64,000 nucleotides of DNA from Trichoplax adhaerens (Eukaryota > Animalia > Placozoa), in contig NW_002060952.1 in the NCBI RefSeq assembly GCF_000150275.1, positions 2,289,128 through 2,353,127 on the forward strand. Direction: 5' to 3'. Positions 1 through 10,400 of this stretch are shown one piece after another. Below the pieces are notes generated by a model. It saw only the letters and a list, made by a program, of their open reading frames with translations, had not been told where the DNA came from and did no database searches. How positions within the stretch are numbered: the first letter of the stretch is position 1; each line of letters opens with the position of its first letter. The position numbers and the translations under genes were made by a program.

Positions 1-226
1 CCGCAATGTCAAAATGATTTAGTTATAGTGAGAATAATTTTGCACTGCTAATATAAAGCTTTATCTAGATTGGGTTATAGTTTTCTGTCACTCAACATTA
101 AATACTGGCGATATCATCAGTTTATAGAAAAATTTTTAGCACCTTGTATATGTTGTATGCTCCAAATTATGTAAATATCATCTTAAAACTTTTAAATTTC
201 ATATATTAAAACATTATACAAATTAG

Positions 227-1617
227 ATCTCATGGATCAACAATCTGAATATGCACCTGTTTTCCTAAATTGGGCTAATTCTGAACATCGTTTAGCGGAT
301 TCGTTAACCGCTCTTTCTAAATGCGTAGACAAGAATAACAAAGCATTAAAAGAATTGGTATAGTCAACAATTTGATACTTTCTATTTCTATAGTTAAACA
401 TTTTTACTTTCTCGTAGCTGTTAAATAGATATTAATTAGATATTACGAACAAAAGTATGTTAAACTCTACAAAATTTCTTATAGGTTGAAAGCAGAGATG
501 AAAAATTTGGTGAAAATTTACATGAATATGTATTATTTACCGAATCTATCAAAGTAATGAAGTATTATAATTAAATTAACATTTTTTTGATTTAGATAAT
601 TCTTAAATAGTTGTGATCTCGTTACTATATCTACTTTAAGCTTTCTCCAGATAACATTGTTGCGGTAGAAAACATAATTTAAAATGAATAATTCCGGTTG
701 TTTGACTATACTTAACCAGACTACATTGAGGAAAAGAGACCGAATTCAAGTTCAGCATGACCAACTTGTCGAACAAGTAGCTAGGAAGACAGAAAATAAG
801 CGAAGAGTAATGCGAATATAAGAATTATCTACGTCTCGCTATGGGAGATCAGTTTCTAACTAGTTTGTTAAAAAAATGTATTAGTAAAGCTGATGCCAAC
901 TAATTTACTTCAAATTACTATCATTAGATGCTTGAAAACCCAAATGCTGTTACTATCAGCACGCTTTTTGCAAAAGATACTGAAACAAATAAGCAAACAC
1001 GCATAGAAAAAGTGGATTATCGCATTGATGAAGTATGTTAAAATATAAAATAAAGGCTATTCAATATTGTACAATTACTCCAAAACTATGCTATTTAGTT
1101 GCCGTAGACTTTCTAAATAGCCAAATTATGGATAAGGCATTTAAGCTCTGAGTTTAGTATCAGTATGATATATCGATACCATAAAAAGTATACGAGAAAC
1201 TTGAAAGAATTAAACGGAAAATAGCGCTTATAGCCAAAGTCATTGCTTATGAATCTAACGGTATAAAATTGGTCTATAGTTAAATAAACAGGTTGATGCA
1301 TCAGGAGAAAAAATGCGTGATGCCGATGATACAGTCAAGGCAGAATATGATAAATGGAATGAAACCAAACGTTCCGATTTGAAAGCGACATTTATCGATT
1401 TTGCTGATCGAAATATCGTCTACTTTCAAAAGGTGAGCCAAATAGGATAATATATGGAACAATTTGAATATTATAGCATAGAATAAGTAGAATAAACGTT
1501 TATACTCTTTTAATATGCAAATCTATTTTCGTACCATCATCCTAATAGTGCCTTAAAGCTTGGCAAGATGCGCTATCGGTTTTACAAGAATGCGATCCTA
1601 AATCAGCGAAATCTTAA
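227..1617 (+). CDS. Sorting nexin SNX7/SNX30-like (SNX4 subfamily), C-terminal BAR-domain exons; 5' part lies upstream of or at the window edge
   Basis: GT-AG exons 227-357, 485-553, 720-806, 928-1032, ~1280-1432, 1549-1617 splice in frame to ...LMDQQSEYAPVFLNWANSEHRLADSLTALSKCVD...LHEYVLFTESIKTTLRKRDRIQVQHD...VKAEYDKWNETKRSDLKATFIDFADRNIVYFQKCLKAWQDAL...*, matching the SNX7/30 BAR motif pattern; TAA at 1615-1617. Confidence 0.85.
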
Positions 1618-3458
1618 TATCAGTGTACATGAGTTCCTACTTAACACAAGTTTCATATTATTTAGATAGAATGATCAGATATTTATCACTTGTTGCAGTT
1701 GATAAATGAAGTAATAGTTTTTACTATTTGCCTCAACTTAATCTACTCGTATCAAATTAATCATTTGCAATTAAACTCTATGTGTTATAGTAAGTCTATG
1801 ATTATCATTGCAATTTACATGGAAGATGAAATAACCATAAATAATGATAATGATAACATGATATATTGTCTGTCTGTAACACTAACTAATGAAGTAATAT
1901 TATTACGAATTCATCTCTAGTAATTTAGTTTTGTTATTAATATTATTCTTTTACTTTGTGGTCTATCGAAATAAAAATATCAATCTTTCCGTAAATATCT
2001 GAGTCTCATTTCAAAGCTGTAGGAATAAGCTCATATGGCTGTGCCTATACCTGAACATGTACTTTAATTAAAGATTGGTATTTAATAGTCTATAGTCGAC
2101 ATTACCCTACTACTATTTTGCTTACTATATTATCGAAAACATTTTTTGAGTTTTATTTTACGGTATTCTTATAGTTATAATCTTGCCCTTCTATATCCTT
2201 CAATGACCGACCGAAAAACGTTTGTAATTGAATTTAGTGCTTTTAACGTAAAAAATCTTTTTCCTTTATATTAAAGTAAATAGGTAGAAAATTACTTTAC
2301 AATTTAGGTTTTCACCAGTAGACACTAATATGACGATATTGAATGGAGTAAAAGTGAACAGCTCGCTTCTCAAAGAACTAAAAAAATTAAAAAATGATTT
2401 TCCTTGGTAATTAGGATTAAAGTAAATGAGCAATATTGTACGCGTACGTGGTTGAATGATTACCAACCTTGTTTTCAGTTGGTAAATGGCAATAACGCTT
2501 TTAACTATAGGATAGCATCGTAAAACCATGCCATCATTTTATACTGCATTCTGTGTTGGTGCCTAACGTATATATAGAGCTTACTGTAGTACTAGATCGC
2601 TGATATATCCATATCTTTCTGCATGTAATCGTTGATATCGAAATTATTCACCATTTACTTTAAAAGAAATAACTTTATTGCTTTGATTGAGAATTAAATT
2701 ATAACCATTTGCTATTAATGGTATATTTATATAGTAGTATAATGTACAGTAGAGTCTTACACATACAGCAGATAATCTAGCTATGCGATCTTCGGAAGTA
2801 TCAAATCACGCATGTCAAAGATTGATTCTGCTGGAAACGGAAGCAGTCTAGGAGGGTTCTATATGAAAATTAAAGCAATTGTTAAATCAGAAAAATAAGG
2901 GTAGCTATACACAAAATTTGTAAGCTGAACTTATTCACATTTTTATAAAATCTTTTTATAAAAATGACCATTAGGCAAAGGTCAAAATTAAGCCCAATCT
3001 CATGCCTATGGTCGCACAAAACGATCTAAATAGAGCATGGTATAAATAGATAACGTAAAGAAATACTGCAATGAACACACAAAATTGGAATCATTGTCAC
3101 AATATTCTGAAAAATGATTGCCAAATAGATATTCTATTACATTACAATTATATCGCAGAACACATTTTAATGATATATACCTGCACTAAATGATTATCAA
3201 AGTATCAAACACTGTTTTGTATCATAACATATAATATTAATATCGATGAGCATTCATCTTTCGCTATAGTAACCTAGTTAACCTGGATAGATTTATTATA
3301 TACACTGCTGCATTGTTGGTACAATCACGTAATGATAGAAGATTATTACTCATAGTTATGCAATGCATGCATACAGTAGGTTAAATTGCCCATGCAATTT
3401 TTTATGCTTTAAATTTATACGAAAGAATAGTAATTACAATATCGTCGGATATACTTAT

Positions 3459-6400
3459 TTAAGCAGAATACTGCCGATCTCTACTTGCAAGGAAAGATTT
3501 GCTAGTTGGGTCATATTTTAGGTGATCCATTAGTACAGGAGTCGTTTGATTACCATCGCTTAAGGCCTTTTTGTCGTGGTCTTTAGGGTCGAAATATACT
3601 GCTAATTTACGACGAGAGCCAGCACTATTTGATTTCACCGTTGCCTTCGGTCTAGTCGCAGGAGGCCGAGGTGCAATGTTAGCTGGTAGTTTGTTTGATG
3701 TAGACCTTGTCAATTTATTGATATTTCCATCAGCCGTTGCATTAGTAATCTTGACTAATTCCATCTTATGAGATAAATCGCTGCCATCATTTTTTGTTTT
3801 ATTGATTGAATGGAGCCTTCTAGGTATAGAGGCTGGTTTGGAAAGAGGATCCACGTTTCTACGATAAATATATATTAAATTTGTTAATTAATGACAGTGA
3901 AAAGAATCCATGCCCAAGTGTGATAATATTTTCCTTGACAGTATAAATTTCTTACTTTATTGTTTTGTCTGGAATAGGAGGTTTACCAACAGTACTTAAT
4001 ACCGATCTTTCCAGCTGTGTTCCAAACTTTCTCAATTCTGACGACGTTAAATATATATATTATTATGCTCCGGAAATATCGAAAGATAACGTATTCAATG
4101 TATCGAAACTGAGGTGGTTATTTTACCACTTAAAGTTGGTTCCGTTGGTATGGAATTTGTTTCATGCTGGAAACTGGACTCATCTTCTAGACATGACTTG
4201 ATGGTATCAAATTATGAGTAAGTTTGAGGTAACACTTTTAACATCCTCTACACTACTAGTAGTATTTATAATCAGTGGCATACACAATGTTTTTTCTAAA
4301 ATGTCTTTCATGATAGAATATTGGCTATTATTTAAGACATGAGTACTTACTTGCAGGTATTCTATATCACCTTTTAAACTTTCATATTCTTCCTCTAGCA
4401 AATTTCTATAATAATTTTAGTAAAATGCAAATAAATTATATCATATAGTGATATGCAGTGGACTTGGTACTTGTAATAGTATTTTTAAATATATCTGTCT
4501 GTTCTTCATTGGGGAAATTAGTGTATGCCCATAAATTGGTCAAGTTTTTTACCTTAAAGCTTCAGCGATAGAGTCAATATCAGTTATATTTACGCGGTCG
4601 CTGATTGATTTTACTTCATCATCCAACATTGAATTAGCAGCAGATGATCTACATATACAGCATATGGTATGCAATAGCGAGCGGTTGGTTAATTTTTACT
4701 TTTTCCAAGGTGTAAGTTGACAAAATGTTTGCCAATTATAGGCATTCTAGGTAGAGAAAAAGTCTGTTACCGTCCACTACATGATGATTGAACTACTGGT
4801 ACTTCGCGATTATCGAGGCTGCTGCAAGCAGATTGGGGACGGCTTAAAGGTGAAACTTGATTTTCTGTATGATGTTAAATACAATCGTATGGTAAAAAAG
4901 GTTGCTTATATAGCAAGATCACTTCTGTATGTAAATACACGATAAACCTTTCCAAGCAGTCAATAATTACAAATTGAACATTTTTCAACAGTTTAAGCAA
5001 ACCTCTCGGTTGGGTAACGTAACTGACAATATGCTTATAATCTTGTAACATATCCTGCTTGTGCCTAAGTAAGAAATTAAAAATAATGAAAGTATGAGAG
5101 ATATTCGTACTATGCCGATCCATTAGCGTTAAACTTGTTACAATTATCGATAGTCTGGTCTACGATACAGATCACATTTTAATATACTATCGATTATGTT
5201 AAAGAAATATTTAGTAGGATGAAGTCAGCACAGAGATTAATCCATGACTTACGCCATATCATCTTTCTGTTTGAGTATGTCAAGCAACATAGTAATTTCT
5301 TGTTTTAATCTATTTCTTAATTCGGGAGGTTCAGGTAATAATTTAGTTGGATTTTCAGCTACGAAATGAACGAAATGATAGAATGATATGTATGAGTGCA
5401 ACCATTCTAGACAACTGTTAGTATATTGGATATATCAATGATGAGAGGTTTGTATAGAATCTTACGCAAAGCACATTGTAGGTCAAGTATCTTAGAAGAA
5501 AATGGGTTGTATATTAAGAGTTTGCCTTACCTACTAAGCTATCCGTTTGTTGTCTCAAGTCACGCCATATATCTAATAGATATCCTGCCTATAAAAAACA
5601 ATTGAAGATGTATAAAAATATATTATGTGAGCTTTGAGATGGTGTCACAGACTACTTCCTGACAAGTTTACTAGTCTAACGTAAAGCGCTAACTTTGAGT
5701 TGCTTCTACAGATTACTTCCCTAATTTGCCGAAAGATCAAGTAAGAATATAGTACTGCTACTATAACGCCTAAGAAGTACCCTTTGAAAAAGCTCACAAC
5801 TATACTATAACATTGTTAGCAACAATACTTTCTTAAACTCTAAAATTTAGGCAACGTCGTGCCGTAATAGATGGATATTGCAGTTCTTGGGTATAGTATA
5901 CCGTAAGTTACAGGTTAGACCAAGTATTAGCTAGTATTGAAATATCAATTTTAACCAGCTATTTAAGTAAATAGTTATGATACGCGTACCATGCATTTGG
6001 AGTTGCAATAGAATACTATAAATCATGGTTTGCAGACATCACTATCATGATATGACACTATCATACAAAATAGAAATACTATACTCGTACAGTTAATTCA
6101 TTTATGTGATATGGACCTGTATGGTAGGTTGTAGGCTAGAGCAAGCTTTGGCGATGAAAAATACTGATTGGACGGGTTTTTATGTGGCTAGTTATCATAC
6201 GCAGACTACGCATTTGGAATTGCAATAGGATGCTGTAGATCATTGTCTGCAGGTATCAGTCTCATGATGAGATTTAATATAATGATACAAGGTAGAGCTA
6301 GTACTGTATGTACAATGAATTTATTCCTCAGGCTCGTCTAACTTGGCATTCAAATATCCATCCAATAGGCTTTTATACAATTATCATACTAGATATGCCT

Positions 6401-6994
6401 ACCATACATGTGGAGTTGTAGTAGAGTACTTTGGATAAATATCATGGTCTGCAGGCCTACGATTGGATTTATCAGATGCGTACGAGTATAGTAGGTTCTA
6501 AGCTAGGCCAAGCTTTGACGTTGAAATATCGATCAATCAAGGCTTTTTGATAGGAGTAGTTGATGTTTTGAATATATGGACTATGACTTTGGAGTTGCAA
6601 TTCGTAAAATACTCGTTCTATAGAAATTTGTCGGCAGGCTTCCAACCTTACGCTATAAATTACACAACTGGCGCTAGAGAGATTGTAGCCTCTCTATCAA
6701 ACACTGCAATTCGTCTCTAATGATTACAGGGTAGAAGAGTATTGAAGTTCACCAAGATTGTCTACGAACACTGGTGATCCTGTACTAAAAAGGCTTGTAA
6801 CGAAGACGAGTCAATATATGGACAAAGTGGTATACTGTATGTTTTACCTCTTGGCGTATTTCTTCCACTTGCTGTGTCAACGATCGGCCGATGATGCTGG
6901 TAATTTCATCAATCTCACTAGCCGGTGCTACTGATTGAATAACTTGCCACGCAGAGCTAGCTAATTGGAAGGGTGTATTGATTGGAGAAGTCAT
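3459..6994 (-). CDS. CCDC24: Coiled-coil domain-containing protein 24 homolog (about 9 exons)
   Basis: Minus-strand exons 6994-6848, ~5588-5531, ~5358-5253, ~5064-5003, ~4864-4771, ~4648-4553, ~4405-4351, ~4197-4128, ~4038-3956, ~3858-3459 join in phase: SAWQVIQSVAPASEIDEITSIIG...AGYLLDIWRDL...LLPEPPELRNRLKQEITMLL...ISDRVNITDIDSIAEALRNLLEEEYESLKGDIEYLQSCLEDE. This matches the recalled CCDC24 blocks ([55 protein letters not shown]). Confidence 0.8.
5915..6640. repeat. Diverged ~180-240 bp tandem repeat, about 4 copies, in CCDC24 intron 1
   Basis: Recurrent core 'catttggagttgcaatag...atcatggt(t/c)tgcag' at ~5990, 6230, 6405, 6585, each preceded by 'ggctag..caagctttg..gttgaaatat'-like segments. 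Confidence 0.7.
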
Positions 6995-7817
6995 ATTGAA
7001 GTTAAATCTTGATGATGATTAGCATGATCATTATATTATTATTTAATTGATTGCGTCGATTGCTGTAGTGTAAAACTGCTGGAAAAGCGTTTTATCGCTT
7101 GGTATGTAGACACGCCATTGACCAATTTGCTGACCAAGCCGATAGTGCGATCATGCTATACAATCCAAGACCTATCGTGGATTACTATAAAGGGAAAATA
7201 GAGTAGGAATAAATGTGATAGTTCATCTTATGTCGACTTAAATTGGATGTTATTGGCGAATGGCGTAGACTGGGCTAATTAGTCCAGGTCGTTTTTAGCG
7301 CTAGCTTACTTGGCGATGGTTACTATGGAAATTTCGTCTTGATAGAAATGAACGGTAGTTACTCAGTCAAGCCAATATGGCCAATAGTAATGGCTTAGCA
7401 TGGGTAAAAGTGCTTGACATTGCTAGGGTTGCTATACAAATCGTGTCATAATGGAGTGTCTTGGTTTGTAAAAGAGCTCATGTCACCCATGGTACAGTAT
7501 GTATCAGTATGAAAACAGGTGTAAGCATACCATTGAGCGACATTCATTTTGCGCGCAATAGGAACTGTATGTAGTCGACAAGAGGTAAGAGGACTGGCAG
7601 AAAAAAAAACTATTTTACTGGTAAGGTTATTATTGTTCACTAACAAGATACGATGAAATGTATAGCGACATGGAGATAAAATACTGCAGACTAGGAATAG
7701 AAAGTACTGTATTTCTTGATTAAACCCAATTTAGGCCAAAGACTGTACCATTATTCATTTATTCTGCTGATGTAGCACTACATTGTACTACAGTAAAATC
7801 AGTTTCCTGTAGCAATA

Positions 7818-8422
7818 TGTGTAAAATAAATGTCGTATCATTTCTTGGTGTTATAGTGCAAACAACACCTAAACTACGACATGTGTTTTCCATCTAGGTC
7901 TACTGTGAATGACTAGTTCGTGCTAGTTTAAAGAGCCTGTGTAAAATAAAATATCGTATCATTTCTTGGTGTTATACTGCAAACAACGCCTAAACTACGA
8001 CATGTGTTTTCCATCTAGGTCTACTGTGAATAACTAGTTCGTGCTAGTTTAAAGGGCTTGTGTAAAATAAAATATCGTATCATTTCTTGGTGTTATACTG
8101 CAAACAACGCCTAAACTACGACATGTGTTTTCCATCTAGGTCTACTGCGAATGACCAGTTAGTGCTAGCTTGAAGCGCTTGTGTAAAATAAATGTCGTAT
8201 CATTTCTTAGTGTTATATTGCAAACAATGCCTAAACTACGACATGTGTTTTCCATCTAGGTCTACTGTGAATGACTAGTTCGTGTTAGTTTAAAGGACTT
8301 GTGTAAAATAAATGTCGTATCATTTCTTAGTGTTACAGTGCAAACAACGCCTAAACTACGACATGTGTTTTCCATCTAGGTCTACTGTGAATGACTAGTT
8401 CGTGCTAGCTTGAAGTGCTTGT
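7818..8422. repeat. 120/121-bp tandem repeat x5, each unit containing a ~70-nt hairpin
   Basis: Units start at 7818, 7938, 8059, 8180, 8300 (tgtgtaaaataaa...tacgacatgtgttttccatctaggtctactgtgaatgactagttcgtgctag...); copies are nearly identical. Confidence 0.97.
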
Positions 8423-8673
8423 ATTGCTTGCTTTGATGCAAGCGTTGATGGTCAGCATTAGTCAGTATCCTGCAGGTGAAATCGAAGAATAAGTTAATAA
8501 CAGGGGTTACTATACTGAAGAGATTTTCTCTCTTTTCCTAGTTCCTGACAAAGATCTTATTTTGTGTATGAAATAGGACACATATTGACATTGTTGTTTG
8601 GATGGGGATCTGTTAGTGAAAGCGAACGGCTATTTTGCTTGGAAAACAACAACAATAATAACGTAACCTAAAT

Positions 8674-8790
8674 TGTGTAAAATAGATGTCGTATTATTCC
8701 TTGGTGTTATACTATAAACGACGCTTAAATTACGACATGTGTTTTCCATCTAGGTCTACTGTGGATAACTATTAACTAGCGCTTGTTTAG
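8674..8790. repeat. Sixth, more diverged and detached copy of the 120-bp unit
   Basis: tgtgtaaaatagatgtcgtattattccttggtgttatactataaacgacgcttaaattacgacatgtgttttccatctaggtctactgtggataact aligns end to end with the unit. Confidence 0.92.
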
Positions 8791-9069
8791 CTTGCTTGAT
8801 GCATGCGTTGGGCGTTGCTATCATACACACGATAGGACGCACACTCAATCACAATCTACAGTGTACTGTCGACATGACTGTCCAAATGTCCATAGGAAAG
8901 CTTGCATTAGGATCGAACAGACGCCGGACCAGATCAGACCAGACAGAAGCAAGAAAGGTCGTTGATTAGTCTAAGGTAAGAAGAGAAAAATCTATCATAC
9001 ACTGGCTAGTACAGTAGAACCTCATGGGAATCTGTGTCGTGTCATACTTTACCATCTTGCACCATCAGC

Positions 9070-9160
9070 TAAAACAGTTAAAGATAGGCGCTAATGGTAA
9101 AAAACAGTCAAAGATAGGCGCTAATGGTAAAAAAATAGTCAATGATAGGCGCTAGCATGA
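9070..9160. repeat. ~30-bp minisatellite x3 derived from the head of the 148-bp unit
   Basis: aaaacagt(t/c)aa(a/t)gataggcgctaatggta x3; resembles 'aaaacagtcaatgatgggcttgagtatga' at the start of the 148-bp unit. Confidence 0.85.
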
Positions 9161-9211
9161 TCCACTCGATCGCGATCGCTTCTCTACCACTGTGAGACCG
9201 GACGGATGGAA

Positions 9212-10065
9212 GAAAACAGTCAATGACGGACGGGCGTTAGTACGGTACACTGGGTATGGCTGTGGGACCGGACGGATGGAAGTAAGGTCGCATCGACTGC
9301 AGGAGTCTGAGTGGGAGTTGTATGACAGTACGATTTGACACGGCTAGGTAAAACACTCTATTTCGGGCGTTAGTATGAGACACTGGATAACGATCGATTT
9401 TCCACGCCCTGTCGGACCGGACGGATGGAAGCAAGGTCGCATCGACTGCAGGAGTCGGAGTTGGAGTTGTATGACAGTACGATCTGACACGGCTAGTGAA
9501 AACATTCTATTTCGGACGTTAGTATGAGACACTGGATAGCGATCGATTTTCCACGCCTGTCGGACCGGACGGATGGAAGCAAGGTCGCATCGACTGCAGG
9601 AGTCTGAGTTAGACTAGTATCAATGTACGATCTTATACGGCTAGCTAAAACAGTCAATGATGGGCTTGAGTATGAGACACTGGATAGCCTTCGATTTTCC
9701 ACGCCTGTCGGACCGGACGGATGGAAGCAAGGTCGCATCGACTGCAGGAGTCTGAGTTAGACTAGTATCAATGTACGATCTTATACGGCTAGCTAAAACA
9801 GTCAATGACAGGCTTGAGTATGAGACACTGGATAGCCATCGATTTCCACGTCTGTCGGACCGGACGGATGGAAGCAAGGTCGCATCGACTGCAGTAGTCT
9901 GAGTTAGAATAGTATGACTGTACGATCTTACACGGCTAGCTAAAACATTGAATGACGAGCTTGAGTATGAGACACTGGATAGCCATCGATTTCCACACCT
10001 GTCGGACAGGACGGACGGAAGAAAGGTCGCATAGACTCCAGTAGTCTGACTGGACGAGTCTGAGT
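9212..10065. repeat. GC-rich ~148-bp tandem repeat, about 6 copies
   Basis: Units at ~9212, 9350, 9499, 9646, 9794, 9941 share 'gagacactggatagc.atcgattt(t)ccacgcctgtcggaccggacggatggaagcaaggtcgcatcgactgcaggagtctgagtt'. Confidence 0.95.
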
Positions 10066-10230
10066 TCCAAGTGTTGAAATCGCTGCGCACTCTTGGTCAA
10101 AAGAGTGTTTCATGGATATTGGTATCCGACACAGTATAGCCGAGTCGATTGGCCCACCTTGGTATCCTACACACACTAGCAAACGGTACCAAGTGGAGCA
10201 ACGACTAGGACGGCTGGTCGGACAGGACGG

Positions 10231-10254
10231 ACTGACTGAGTCGACTCAGTCAGT
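10231..10254. promoter_or_regulatory. Perfect 24-bp palindrome about 150 bp upstream of the FCHO start codon
   Basis: actgactgagtc|gactcagtcagt is self-reverse-complementary; a regulatory function is inferred only from position. Confidence 0.4.
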
Positions 10255-10400
10255 TCATGGGTTGGTGATTTTATCCAGTCCACCATCGTCAATATTTGTT
10301 GGCGATTTCCTGCAGGTTCTTGGTTGATTTTTCCCACTCTTCTATTCGTCTCTATTGGATAAGATTTTAGTTGATCGCAGGCCGATAAAGCCATTACAAG

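Noticed and set aside
7365-7491. Peptide NSNGLAW-LLYKSCHNG..KEL as FCHO exon 2
   Set aside because: It needs a 24-nt intron, and the true exon 2 (GEKYAGFDVLYNNMKH) was found at 13353-13444.
9646-9765. C/D box snoRNA in the 148-bp unit (aATGATGg ... gtCTGA)
   Set aside because: The C-box is imperfect and absent in two copies, and no recognisable rRNA guide was seen.
7818-10065. CRISPR-like array
   Set aside because: Eukaryotic context, whole units are repeated with no unique spacers, and there are no cas genes.
9237-10182. Overlapping minus-strand ORFs (62-149 aa) with repeated peptides
   Set aside because: They are translations of the 148-bp repeat. The unit is not a multiple of 3, frames shift every unit and there is no homology.
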